NCBI RefSeq assembly: GCF_009914755.1
Contig: NC_060928.1
Length of the DNA: 64,000 nucleotides
Strand: one strand, 5' to 3'
Source: the human T2T-CHM13v2.0 reference genome, Homo sapiens
The translations under genes were made by a program, and so were the position numbers. Below the pieces are notes generated by a model, which was given only the letters and a program-made list of their open reading frames with translations, had not been told where the DNA came from and searched no databases. Each line of letters starts with the position of its first letter. Position 1 is the stretch's first letter. This document shows, one piece after another, positions 31,398-44,930 of the stretch.

Positions 31398-33801
31398 CTT
31401 GCCTTTTATAATCCCACTTCAGGACTTCTGAATCTGCAGCAAAACTCAAGCGAAGTGGGTAGGATTCGCTGAGCCTTCCACTCATGTTGTGATGGGAGCT
31501 ACTCATATATGGCCACTGAATTTAAAGAGTAAATAACTGGAGAAAGAAGAGATAAAACAGCCTTGTAGACACATCTGAGTGGCATATTTGTTTTTCTTTT
31601 CCTTCCTGTAAGACTAAATGAATGTAGTATGTGTGATTTGACCAAGAAAAGGAATGTGTGGAATGACAGGATAAAGGTCACAGGATAGCTAGCATGATGC
31701 TTGGCAGAATTTAAACTAGGCCCATGAAAGAATGTTCCAAGAAAGCTGCAAAATGTGTCTCAACCAACAGAGGCAAGATCTCGTGAGAATCCCTTGTCAT
31801 GGTTGCAAATGAGGCCAAATGGCAGTTAATAGTGGAGGTTGCCTTGAAATTCTAAATATCCACAAACATTCTTACTGTTTGATGAGCTACACCAATTTTT
31901 CAGTGAATAAAGTTAAGCTGAAATACTTACAAGCAATCATGTGCTGGATAAATTCATACATGTTTGGCTCAAGAAAAATGTCTCTAGGTATCCCATGTAA
32001 CAAACAAATTGGTATATTCACAATAACTATTTTCCAGAAAATAAAAATTAACGCATCTAGTTCTACAAAAAGAGGCTACTTTATTTTAGATTATCATCAT
32101 CCTTTATTACTTAATTTTTTCCCTTAAGATGAATACTATTAACTGGACTCCTAACAGTCTATTAATTATTAACATCACCCTTTGAGAATCTAAGAAAATA
32201 AGCATTGTATTAAAAACAAATATTGCTCTTTTATAATACCCTCCAGAACAAATGTAATGGTGGGAATCCAGGCACAGATATTTAAATTAATACTCTACAT
32301 ATTATAGGGAATGCCAGCAAATAAATGCAAGATTTCTGTATTCCAGGAACTCATAACATAGCTGGAAAAAAAGAGACAAACTAAAAAAAGTAAACAACAC
32401 AAAAAGACAATACCATGAGCTATCAGCTGTCAAGAGGTTGGGCTAGTTATTAAATGTCAGCATCCATAAGAGTTGTTTAGCTAAATATTATGCTTGTACA
32501 TGCATGAAGCTGTAGTAAAATGAATCTCAATCCACAAACTCAAATTGCAAAAAATAAGTCAATTTCTTTATTTTCTTAAAACCAATTTAAATTTGACTCT
32601 GTTCTAGCATCACACCATATGATAGAAAATCAACCACAAGAACACACAAAGATCATACAAAGATCCTGGGCTCTTACATAATGCTAAGAAATTGGGTGCT
32701 TTCCCTACTTTTCAGTAAGGCTATTGGTCAAAATCACTGGTTTACCTACTGTCTCACCCAGGATAAGCTTTTCCACAGCCAGAAATTCTGATGTTTCTGT
32801 GTAGTGCTTGGGATATAGGATTCCTATGCCAGGATCCAGGCTTTCACATAAGACTTGAGATACAGGATTCCCGTACCTACGTCCAGTCTTGTGTGTCATA
32901 CTCAGGATAAATCCTGTGCCTAGGTCCAGCTTGCCTAGGTGCCCCCAAGAGGCTACATCTTCTAATGGCTTCTAACTTTTCCAGATGTTGCCATAATCTG
33001 CAAAGTTTCCTGATACTCCTGGAATACTGAAAACCTCTGGATTCTGCCAACCTGGAAAGAAAAATAAGTCCCTTTCATTTATTTCTACTTTCCCTTTTTA
33101 GAACAATTCATATCACCTCTGCAACAAATCCAAGCTTCTACAGAAGAAACCAAGAGTTTCTAGCATCAGTTTCTATTTTCTGTCTTGCAAAATCCCTAGC
33201 TATCTGGTTGAAAGGAGAAAAAATGTATTTTAACAAGAACAAATAGTATTAACAACACAAATTAAAAATTATTACCATAGATTTTCCTGCTACCAACAAC
33301 ACAGAGAAAAAGTTATTTAATAATTTTTACAACATCTAGACAAATATATAGGTAAGATAGAATCATCCATCTCTCAACAAGAAGTTGTTACCATCCCAGA
33401 GAAAAACTTTTCAGAAACTTGCCCAATGGTGACTAACTTTGAAGTGTAACACAAGTAAAGCAATTTGAGGACAAAGATCCATTTGTACTCATGATAAATG
33501 AGTACAAAACCATAAAGAAACATAAGTAAATGAAGAGTACAGAGAAGAGAAACAGGCAAACTAATGCAAATATAATAACATAGTTGCATAGAAAAACCCT
33601 TTAAAATAAATGATATACATTTCAAAAATGTCAAAAATATTACCAGGCCATATACTTTCTCACATCAAATGCAGTAAGGTATAATAGGAGATAGGAAGTC
33701 TCCCCTTTAGACCCTTGTGATTTATCCTTCGTTTGATGAGCACTTACTGCAAAAACAGAAAAGCTCCCTGAAAGAGTTGCATCAATCACTTTTGCCAGTT
33801 T
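31398..33801 (-). ncRNA. Candidate spliced non-coding exons (33748-33801, 32877-33051, exon starting at 31536)
   Basis: Strong minus-strand acceptors and GT donors in unique sequence; no convincing coding frame. Inferred from motifs only. Confidence 0.3.
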
Positions 33802-33879
33802 CTGCATAAAGGTAGAATCATTCATGTCCTAGATCTGAGACAGCTCTGAATTAAATATGATACCAAAAGTACCTGTCAA

Positions 33880-34100
33880 AATGCATTGAGTGTCTCCTAT
33901 CCAGATATTGAGTTAGGTGCTTTACATGAAGCATTTCATGTAACAGCCAGAGAAGTTCTGTCAAGCCGGTTTTTTTTAATCATTATTTTACAGGTGAGGG
34001 AACCAACGCTCCAGGAAGATAAGTCAGGTTTTCGAGGTCACACTGCTAGTGACTGGGAATCACGAGGTTATAATTCACATATTTCTAATCTAACCTTTTC
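33880..34100 (-). mobile_element. MIR SINE
   Basis: attttacaggtgaggg...gaggtcacactgctagt. Confidence 0.65.
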
Positions 34101-34188
34101 TGATCTAAGACCCTATGAAATACCATTGATCTAAATCAAAGGGATATTTGAGCAAAAATACTAACCTAAAACCTTAATGAAATCTGAC

Positions 34189-34543
34189 TGATATGGTTTG
34201 GCTGTGTCCCCACCCAAATCTTATCTTAAATTGTAGCTCCCACAATTCCCACATGTCATGGGAGGGACCCAGTGTGAGGTAATTGAATTACAGGGATGGG
34301 TCTTTCCCATGCTGTTCTTGTGACAGTGAATAAGTCTCATGAGATCTCATGGTTTTATAAAGGGGAGTTTCCCTGCACAAGCTCTCTCCTGCCTGTCGCC
34401 ACGTAAGACGTCCCTTGATCTTCCACCATGATTGTGAGGCCTCCCCAGCCATGTGAAACTGTAAGTCAATTAAACCTCTTTCCTTTATAAATTACCCAGT
34501 CTCAGGTACATCTTTATCAGCAGCGTGAGAAGAGACTAATACA
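34189..34543 (+). mobile_element. THE1B solo LTR
   Basis: tgatatggtttggctgtgtcccc...gactaataca; 5-bp TSD ctgac. Confidence 0.92.
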
Positions 34544-35029
34544 CTGACGTACTTCTAGGCATCAAAGGAACTGGCTGAGCCCCGTTAAGAGCAAAAGGCT
34601 GAAGAGGGACATTTTCAGACTCGTACACCTCTAAGGAAAGGAGGGACCTGCAAATGCCCAAGCTTCAAAAGTCAGTTCACTACCTTCAGACTAAGAGGGC
34701 AGGTAATGTTTCCCCCAGGCATGTGATGTGCTCCGTGGCTGTCTCAGTGTTCAGTTCCACAGGAAATACCATCCTGATATGACAGAAACAATTAAAATTG
34801 ACACAGAACTTGTTTCCATAAAACTAAGGAGTAAGCCTGAGCTCTAACAATCTTACCGGGGCAACTTTGGCAACATCACATCCTCCTTCTTAAGGCCATT
34901 TTTCAACAACTTTATAGAATTGCTGGGAGTCAGACAATGTAAGCAAAAGTACTAGACAACCAACAGAACACTATACATATTATGCCTGTTATTAATTCAT
35001 TTAAAAGTTATATAAGGAATGCTATGAGG

Positions 35030-35320
35030 ATCGTGTACACCGGGTTAAGGTGGACTCTAAAACCATCTGCCTGGATGAATCTCATCTCAGCCACCAACTA
35101 GCTAGATGATCTTGGGCAAGTTACTTTGCCTATCTGTATGTACCCCAACCTCATCTGTAAAAAGGGGATAAAAATTGTCTTTTGTGAGAATCAAATGTGC
35201 TAATATAAAATGAAGATGATAATGTAAAATGGGGATACCAGTAAGGATTGTTGTGAAGAACATATGTGATAATGTATGTAAAGACTCTTGTAATGTTATA
35301 AGTTAGGTACCATTGTTAGT
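35030..35320 (+). mobile_element. MIR SINE
   Basis: cttgggcaagttact...ctcatctgtaaaaagggg. Confidence 0.7.
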
Positions 35321-36714
35321 TAATATCAATCATTACCAAACCACCACCACCATCATCACTCTTAGTACGATTATCACTAAAGATGATTAAAGGTCTAAGA
35401 GTTATTTATGTAAGTGATGGAGTCCTCAGAGTTTTCAAACAAGATAAAAGGAAAAAAAAAGCAAAAAGACCTCAAGCTTTAACATTTATAGCATAATTAT
35501 TTCCTGTGGGTGTGCAGACTGACATCTACAAGTACATACCAAGACAGAAAAAAAATTGCTATGTTTTGTTATCATTTGATATAAGCTGGATGCAAATTAT
35601 CCTGTTTGTGAAGCTAATTTCCATTCTCATAAAAGTACTGCCTGTAAAAATATTATTCTAGTATACTTTTTAAATGAGAAACTGAGTTCACAAAGTCTTT
35701 TATTCAGATCTCTCCAAGCCAGCATATTATCTTCTCCCCATTAAAGAGCTTTAGGCCATCTGTCCCATCTAGACTACCAGCTGGTATGATCTCCAGAAAT
35801 ATTCCTCAACTGTAGGAACTAATTGGGTTTTTCCATATGTATAAATTGTAGATTAACTGTATTTACCAATAAAAAAAGTTCAATTTCATCTTTGTGGCAG
35901 GTGACCTGATCTTAATAATGAGGGTGAATCTCACAGGCAGGTCCTTTGGGATGGTTGTAATGTTTCTACTATCAAAGCTGTTGCTTGTGACAACTCTGGG
36001 ACATTTTTTCTTATATAAAATCAAAGCCAGAGTTATGAACTCATTTAAAAGAGCAACTGTAACAGAAGAAAATGTAGGTTTAGAAGAAGTGATAATGACA
36101 TCACCAGAAGAAGGGACACTGCAAAAATGTACCCTAACATAGTGTTCATAATGCTGTTATACAAAACATGATGGCTCTCCAAGATAAAATTAACCATTTC
36201 CAGATAGGATTAAACATAACTCTGAATATCTATGGACATGTGATTAAACATTATGAATTCAACAACCAAGCTATAATATAACTCATCTTTGTAAGGGAGA
36301 CACTTAAAAAGAAGAGGAAAGGTGAGGACCTAAAAAAGTGAAATAATTCACCCATCAAATAAAATGTCTACAGAAAAAGATGACTCAGGACCACCAGGAG
36401 AACTTCAAAAGCCAAGTCAAAGAGCTTTAGCGTTTCAGACATCCTTACAGTCAGTTGTTCACGTCTCCATTGCATTCTCTCCCTCCCTTTCTCCCAGTAC
36501 ACAGCACCACCTTTGTTCTCCCATTAACCCTTAAACTGGGAAGTCTCTTACTATTTTCTCATCTTCCTGCCATCCTCTGATGAGGATTTGTTATGAGGAC
36601 CTGTGTTTAGTCATCACAGGTGATCTCCACATCCCACCCCTATAACTATTAGTTGACCCCAAAGCTTTCATTAGGAATACTCTATGCCTGACTTTTAAAT
36701 CAGGTAGCAAAATC

Positions 36715-36950
36715 ACTGTAAAGCTGCCCAATCTGGAGCATATTTCTTGGGTTCGGATCTTGGTTCTGTCACCACCAGCTTGACCTTGAGCAATGTGCTT
36801 GACCTCACTGCCCTTAGTTTCCTTATCTATAAATTGAGGATCATGACAATAGCATTTAGCTTTAAAAGCTGTTGTGAGAATTAATTAATTAATGCCTGTA
36901 AAGCTCTTAGAAAAACGTTTCATAGTATGTGCTTGACAGATGTGAGCTAT
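36715..36950 (+). mobile_element. MIR SINE
   Basis: tgaccttgagcaa...agtttccttatctataaa. Confidence 0.7.
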
Positions 36951-37087
36951 TATTTTCATGTCACTAATGTTGACCCTGTGTTCTCCTCTTCTATTGGTTC
37001 CTTTGCTCTTATTATCTTCATTCCAATTCCACATATTAAGATCCCTGCCCATCCTTCAAGACCCAGAACTGTTGCCAGTTCTTCCAC

Positions 37088-38173
37088 TGTTGCAGGAAGT
37101 CAGGGACCCCAAATGGAGGGACCATCTGGAGCCGTGGCAGAGGAACATAAGTTTTGAAGATTTCATTTTAATATGGACATTTATCAGTTCCCAAATAATA
37201 CTTTTATAATTTCTTACACCTGTCTTTAATCTCTTAATCCTGTTATCTTCACAAGCTGAGGATATACGTCATCTCAGGACCACTGTGATAATTGTGTTAA
37301 CTGTACAAATTGATTGTAAAACATGTGTGTTTGCACAATATGAAATCAGTGCACCTTGAAAAAGAACAGAATAACAACGATTTTTAGGGAACAAGGGAAG
37401 ACAACCATAAGGGTGACTGCCTGCGGGGTCGGGCAAAAAGAGCCATATTTTTCTTCTTGCAGAGAGCCTATAAATGGACACGCAAGTAGGGAAGATATTG
37501 CTAAATTCTTTTCCTAGCAAGGAATGTTAGTATTAATACCCTGGGAAAGGAATGCATTCCTTGGGGGAGGTCTATAAACGGCTGCTCTGGGAATGTCTGT
37601 CTTATGCAGTTGAGATAAGGACTGAGATATGTCCTGGTCTCCTGCAGTACCCTCAGGCTTACTAGGGTGGGGAAAAACTCTGCCCTGGTAATTTGTGATC
37701 AGACTGGTTCTCTGCTCTCGAACCCTGTTTTCTGTTGTTTAAGATGTTTATCAAGACAATATGTGCACCGCTGAACACAGACCCTTATCAGTGGTTCTGC
37801 TTTTGCCCTTTGCCCTGTGATCTTTGTTGGACCCATATCAGTAGTTCTGCTTTTGCCCTTTGTCCTGTTCCCTCAGAAGCATGTGATCTTTGTTAGACCC
37901 TGATTAGCAGTTCTGCTTTTTTGGCCTTTGAAGCATGTGATCTTTGTACCTACTCCCTGTTCTTACACCCCTTCCCTTTTTGAAACCCTTAATAAAAACC
38001 TGCTGGTTTTGAGGCTCAGGCAGGCATCATGGTCCTACCGATATGTGATGTCACCCCCAGCAGCCCAGCTGTAAAATTCCTCTCTTTATACTGTCTCTCT
38101 TTCTCAGCCGGCCGACACTTATGGAAAATAGAAAGAACCTACATTGAAATATTGGGGGTGGGTTCCCCCAGTA
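37088..38173 (+). mobile_element. MER11 (MER11A-like, HERVK11/HML-8) solo LTR
   Basis: Starts tgttgcaggaagtcagggacccc, about 1.09 kb, three internal gttctgctttt repeats, tataaa near 37573, aataaa at 37991, ends ggttcccccagta. Confidence 0.9.
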
Positions 38174-38402
38174 TTCTCCCATATGCCCCTCAGCTTCTCA
38201 CTCAAAAAGCATCAACCCCTGTTCTGAAATCCCCAGGGGGTAACCCCAAACTCAGCTTCATATTTTCTAACTTATATTGTAGAGATGCATGTTCATGTCT
38301 TGTCATATTTATATGTTTGTACATTTCTAGACAGTAGGTGCTGTGTTTGTGTTTCCCAGTGGCCTGCCCTAATTGAAAACCCCTGATACATATACAGTAG
38401 AT

Positions 38403-38604
38403 CTGAGCTGTTCAATTTTGTAGCCACTAGTGGTGTATGGATTTTAAACAAATTAAAATGAAATTAAATTAACAATTCAGCTCTTCAGTCACCCTATCCA
38501 GATTTTAAATACTCAGTAGCTACATGTGAGCACTGGCTACTATATTGGATAGCACAGATATAGAACATTTTCATAACCACAGAAATTTCTGTTGGATACT
38601 GCTG
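38403..38604. mobile_element. MER3 hAT-Charlie MITE
   Basis: gtagccactag...ggctactatattggatagcacagatatagaacatt. Confidence 0.75.
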
Positions 38605-39074
38605 CAATAGATAGTACTTGAATAAATGTTTTTTAAATCCCCTCTGTATTTTAGAAATGTGATTCTCTTAGAAACTTTCTATCTCATCAGAGCTTTAATC
38701 AAACAAATGCTGAAAATGAAAATGAGATTTAGGTCATCAAGATAATTCATTCTGTGAGACTAGTAAAAAACAAAACAAAACAAAACAACAAAACACTTTT
38801 TTTTCTACAAGTAGAGTAGTAGTGAGGGAACCAGGAACCAGTTTCACATTGCAGCCAGGCAAACAGCTTAAAAGATGCAAAAGACATCACATCCTTTCAA
38901 AATAATGGAAAATGCCTACTCTGTGGTTCTAGCATGACCACACTTTAAGCCATAGCTAATTCATGCAAAATTCTCACTCAGATTTCTAAATTTCTTCATA
39001 AAGTTTCAAACAGAGTCTTTCCAGGAAATTTTTTTAAAAACAGCATATTTTCTTTGCACTGATATTAGGTGAGG

Positions 39075-39520
39075 TTAAAACCCTGCCAGGGCTTCCTGTT
39101 GCACTTAGAATCAAGTCAAAGTCTTTTGGAATGTTCTTGAGTTTCATCTGTCACCACCCTCTCTGTTACTGGCTGGCTTGCAGCCATGCTGGCCTTCTTT
39201 CAGTTCATGGAAACAGGCAGCTCCCCAACCCTCCCAGCCAACACAGCTCACAACATGCTGCACAACACACACTGTGCCAGATTTCTTCAGTCTTCACCTT
39301 GATTTTCACTCCCTCAGAGCTGTCTTGCCTGACTACTCCTTCCAGTACCTTGTTATTTTCCTTCACGTGTAACCTGATATTTGTTGTTTATCTGTTTATT
39401 GTCTATATCCTGCAGTAGACATTAAGTTTGGTGAATGCCAGAACTATACTCTTTTATTTCCCACTATTTACCCAGCATCTTATGTTGCAGTGGCTAGATA
39501 CTTAACACATGTTTATTAAA
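39075..39520 (+). mobile_element. L2 LINE 3' fragment
   Basis: cagccatgctggccttctttcag..., ending atgtttattaaatgaa. Confidence 0.55.
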
Positions 39521-40164
39521 TGAAAAAAAGAAGAAGAATCTCAGATAATTAATTTTGTTGAAGGAAATAATGATTTTTATTTTTAAAAAAGGAATTTTAA
39601 GTTAACTTAGTTTTGTGATTGCCTTTATGTGTGCTGTGGGGTAAGGGAGAGAGAGAAGATGGAACGAGGTTTAATTTTGAAAATATCACATAAAACTATC
39701 AAATTTATCCTTCGTTCAAATTTGTAAGGTTTGAGAGACACTTACTTATTGTTAGAAAATTATGAGACAGTCCTTTTTGGTGTGCAATATGAGATTTGGT
39801 CTCTTTTAGGGAAATAGTGAACTAAGATTTAATCTTAAATATTCATTAAATTTAGTGGCTTAAAATACTGGAGCAATGCCCAGATGGAAAGTGGCAAGAT
39901 ATTTAATTTGATATAGCTATCTAAATGTCCTCTGAGTACTTTTTAAAAAGCATTTTCATTAAAAATAATGAATTGTTTCACTCTATTAGTTTGGGTTAGA
40001 AAGTTAAAAAAATAAAATAAGGCAGATACACTAAGAAAATATCAAATGATCATAAAAAATTAGATGTCTCCTTGAACTTATTTTTACTCTTGTGCAAATC
40101 ACATTACATATCTATGTAATAAACAATATACAGTATAATAAATTATTTTAAATGACACTAGATT

Positions 40165-40191
40165 ATAAGATATGTATGTATATCTTATGTA

Positions 40192-40225
<34 letters not shown>

Positions 40226-40255
40226 CATATATACACATACACACACACACATACA
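40165..40255. repeat. Compound (TG)n(TA)n(CA)n microsatellite
   Basis: Read directly from the sequence. Confidence 0.95.
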
Positions 40256-42620
40256 GGCATGAAGTACTATAAACTTGATTTCCTATATATGTCGACCCAC
40301 ATGCAGAGCTGGTTTATCCATGGTCAGACAATACATTTTTGAAAATAAGCCAATTGGATGTATACAAATTTGGAGAAGCACTTAAGCTATGCAAAACCAT
40401 ACAAATTATGGTCCCTGAATTCAGCTGAACAAAATATACAAATTATACAAATTACTACCAGAGTGGCATGAATTCTGCTACCTTCCTCTGCCATTTTAAT
40501 TCATAAGTCAAGTTGTGACCTTAATCAAATGTAATTTTAGAACTGGAAGGGGCTTTAGAAAGGTTCGGATGATTTGTTTATTTTGCTCTGCTGATAATTT
40601 CACATTTGCATCATAATTACATTTCTCTAAGTTCACTGACATTTCAGTTAGCTTCAATGATCATTAAAGTTTTTTCTTCTTTAATCTACATTTGGGTCAT
40701 GCTCATAGGGCTGTTCATATGCAAAGAAACCCATCAGAAAATGGCTGATTTCCACATTGTACAGTCATTCTACTTGAGACACTGAGGTTGAAAAATAATT
40801 GTCATTTTTAACTAAACATTATGCAACTGATAACTGAACATGGTTATCACTGATAACTATCAGGCATATTCATTTTTGGAAGATACTGAAACATATTTTC
40901 AGCTGTGTTATGCAATTCATACCATGTACCTTGTTGCTATTTGAGGAAAAGACAGTTTTAATTTACATCTCCTAATAATAAAATGCAGTTCTCAGTGTTA
41001 GCAATTGTTAGCTAGTGAAAACTCACTGTTCTTTAATTTCTACATAATATATATAGACGCCACTGTTACTCAGGTGGTTAGATACCCCAGGTAGATAACC
41101 TGACCTGCCGGCAATTGTCTTGTATGTCTTGACCCACCCATGAAGCAAGAGTTTAAAGCAAAAAGTGGAGACACCTTTCAATTCCAATCTCTTACTCTAA
41201 GACCAAAGCATCCTCCTGTAGTTGCCATTGAGGCCCAAAAGATTCCCATGAAATATATTTTTAAGGTCACTGAATTTTTCCACCATATATTCAAGAGGAT
41301 ACATTTCACTGGGGAAAGAGAAGTCAGAGCCATTCCATTTAAAAAGAAATCCAATCTCTTTTCAGAAATGTTACCCGCAGTTGAAATTGAGCAGGGAAAT
41401 TTAAAAATTTTAAATAGTGGCTGAAGCTTAGTATCATATGGAATTTTAAAATTTGTCACAGAATTAGCAAACCTGAGAATACATATTATGAAAATGTTTT
41501 AGTGAGATGAATAAACTCTTCATTGCAGAGTGGAATATGCAGTTAGATAAATGCAAGTAACTCAATTTCAGGCTTTCTTGTGAATCATCACAGCCTCATT
41601 ATTACCCGGTTGTCAATAATGATGTTAGATGAATGAATGAATGAATGAGTACAGTTGTCCACATTGTTCTATATTTGTAATAAACTTCATATTTAAAACA
41701 TTTAAATTTAAAATTTTATACCCTATTCATTAAGCCTCTTATAAAATGTCACAATGAAACAATTTTACTTAAATAGTGATGACTACTACTTCTCCCTTGG
41801 AATACAACATCTTTTCTAACTCACATTTTTACAATGCTTTTCCATAGGAGAAGCATGTTTGACAAATTCACCAAGATGAAGCGCTAAAGCTAATGTTTAC
41901 AAAATAAAAAACTGGTGCACAGAAGACGTCTCCAACTTATTTAGCTTCCATTCTACAATCCACAAAATAAAGTAATCATTGCCTCTGCACCAGGATTACA
42001 CATGAATTCATCAGGATTTCTACCTGGCATCCTAGCATGTGATTTACCAAGAGACATATTGATATTGTCTTCACAGGACATAAAATAGAACAAATAATAT
42101 TTTCCATTTTCATTATGCTTTCAGAAAATTAAATGGCAAAGAGCATACTGGGAATCTGTTATGAGATGATAATAAAATTGTGTAATTAGTCAGTGTCCAG
42201 AGGCAGAGCTGTTCTCCAGAAGTCTTCTTGAGGTTTCCTAAGGGAGAAACTTTCTTCCCTCTGGGATTTTATTAGGACAAATCCAGAGTCTCAACCCAAT
42301 AATCCAACAAGCAGATATAACCACAGGGTACTAATCCAAAATGTCATCCAGGACTCCATGATAATATTATCCAGAAACAAATGTAACTCCCTATTTTTAT
42401 ACTTAAATTTATCTCTTGTTAGTTTCTAACCATATATTCATCTAGTGTTTTGTTCCATGGTAAATTGGTAGTTTACATGGGATTACAATGAAGGGATTAT
42501 AAAGCGGTAGAGATTATTTGCCCAGCAGATGGTTTATGTATATTTAAACAGATATGAATAAGATTTTACAAAAGAAAATACAAGCTTATTACCAGTACAA
42601 AGTATATTATTAATTTTCCT

Positions 42621-42905
42621 TTTTTTTTTTTTTTTTGAGATGGAGTTTCACTTTTTCACCCAGGCTGGAGCGCGGTGGCGCAATCTTGGCTCACTGCAAC
42701 CTCTGCCTTCCGGTTTCAAGAGATTCTCTTGCCTCAGCCTTCTGAGTAGCTAGGATTACAGGTGCCCACCACCATGCCCAGCTAATTTTTGTAGTTTTAG
42801 TAGAGACGGGGGTTTCACCATGTTGGCCAGGCTGGTCTCGAACTCCTGAGCTCATGATCCACCCTCTTCAGCCTCCCAAAGTCCTGGGATTACAGGCGTG
42901 AGCTG
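42621..42905 (-). mobile_element. AluSg (Sg7-like)
   Basis: Antisense dimer with gccttccggtttcaag. Confidence 0.9.
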
Positions 42906-43719
42906 ACCAAATAATTTTTACATAAATAAAATATTTGGCCAAAGAGCTAAACTTAAATATAATTTTCCTGATTATAATTATAATTATTTAGATACAGCAT
43001 GCATATCTCTTAAAATAAAAATATCTAATTTACTATTTCTCTCTCTCACCTTCTTTCTTTTCTGAAATTCACAATGTTCAAACTTGATTAGAAAGATCTT
43101 TCTAGACAAATCTTTCATACAAGAGCTACTGCTGACTTCATAGAAGGCATATTATCAATTAAACAGTACTTCGCCATTTTATAATATACACTTTAACAAA
43201 CTTTTAAAATATTATTTATTTACATGAAAGAAAATTTGTTATATGGTTAAACCAGAGTTTCAAATTAAGTGTATGCTAGAGGGGTTACAGAAAACTATAT
43301 TATTCAATTTTAAAAAAATAAATTCTAAAATTTCAAAGAAATACAAGCTTTCAACAGCTGCATTCTCCTTGTCCAAACATAAATGTGCATGCCATTTTTG
43401 TTCTGTCTTAAAAAAAAAAACAAAAAAACTACAGTCCTTCCAGATCTTATACATCTCAATACACTGGTACATTTTTTAAGAAAAGATTCTTGCTCCCCAC
43501 CCCAAATACACTAAATCAGAATAGGGTAAGGGAAGGATGCTGAAATTTACACAACAGTGGGCATACAAGGTGTTTCAATACACATCCCAAAATGTGAGAA
43601 TGACTACTCACCTGAGAAATCAGGCTAAATAGTTAGAAAGGCAGTCAGTGACTCAACTTTTAAATTATTGAGATTCTAATTCTAAAAACATGACTTTTAT
43701 GAATCCCTCTTGGTAAATC

Positions 43720-44930
43720 ACACACATAAAAAAAAATGACCACCGATTTTTCCCATTCCTGTATAAACACCCCTCTACAATGCAGCTTTGCAGCTCCTCC
43801 CATTAAGAGGTGGAATGCATATCTATACCTCTGGGTATCCATTTTTGGCCAGGTGACATATTTTTGCTAACAGGACATTAGTGAATGCGACAGAACAGAG
43901 AGTGGATAAGAGCTCGTGCAATGGGGCTTGCTGCTTTTCATGTTTAGCTACGATGTGAAGAAGCCTGGGCTAGCCTGCCAGTGAAACAACCACCTTTGCA
44001 AAACATCATAACAATGAGAAAAGCTCTGATCTAACGGACTCCATCTTGCTTCTAACCTCCAAGCTGCTCCTGTTCTTCCTGGATATAGGTCAAAATAATG
44101 TTGGGAGAAACTTGGTTTATAGTTTAATTTTGAAACGAAGATCATAATAGCCATTTCCCAAAACAAATCCTCTTCTTGCCTGGGGACCAGACTGCCTATG
44201 TAAGACTAACAAATTAGCCACAAGATTAGAAATACGGTTTAGGAGTCATGCAGCCAGAGGCCGCAAGATTCTGAACTTCCTAAATTGCTCCTAGGGATAA
44301 AATCACTATTGTTAAAACCTAAGATTGGTGCTCAAGGCATTTTTCAGAACCTGCATTCTGATGCACCAGCTACTACCAACCAGACCAGTAATCTGGCTCA
44401 ACCAATTCTGTGATCAGAATCAGAAGAGAAGACAGCAAGAAAAATCCACTTGGACCCCCTATGATTTCATTTCCAACCTGACCAATCAGTACTCCACACT
44501 CTCTGGCCTTGCACCCACAAAATTATCATTTAAAAACCCCAGTCTCTGAATGTTCAGAGAATCTTATTTGAGTAATAAAACTCTGGTCTCCTGTTCAGCC
44601 AGCTCTGTGTGAATTAAACTATTTTTCTATTCCAATTCCCCTGTCTTGATAGATGGGCTCTATCTGGGCAGCAATCAAGGAGAACCTGTTGGGCTGTTAC
44701 ACCAGATGCTAGAGACACAGGGCCCAGTTGCCTCCATCATTCAATCAACAGCAAGATATGTGAGAGCGAGGCCATGCTGTCCCCATCCAATCTACTAGCT
44801 GACTGCTAGTGAGGCCCAGAGACCAAAATGGCCAAACTATAATATTGCAATAAGGCATGTTGCTTAAATAACTACTATTATAGGTGTTTTGTTGTACAGA
44901 AAAAGCTAAATGATAGACCACTTTCACAAA
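43720..44930 (+). mobile_element. MLT1 LTR split by LTR8
   Basis: ctttgcagctcctcccattaagaggtgga...gaagcctgggctagcctg, resuming after 44705 and ending near aaagctaaatgata. Confidence 0.65.
43982..44701 (+). mobile_element. LTR8 (LTR8A-like, ERV1) solo LTR
   Basis: tgaaac...gactccatcttgcttctaacctccaagctg...gttaca; 4-bp TSD ccag. Confidence 0.88.

Noticed and set aside
34688-34703. CTCF-like gactaagagggcagg
   Set aside because: The 5' half of the core is mismatched; too weak to call.
37780-37950. Three spaced gttctgctttt(t)g repeats resembling an array
   Set aside because: Internal repeats of the MER11 LTR; not CRISPR.
41140-41459. Overlapping 94- and 93-aa ORFs on opposite strands in unique DNA
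   Set aside because: No recognisable domain and no convincing splice boundaries; this length is expected by chance.
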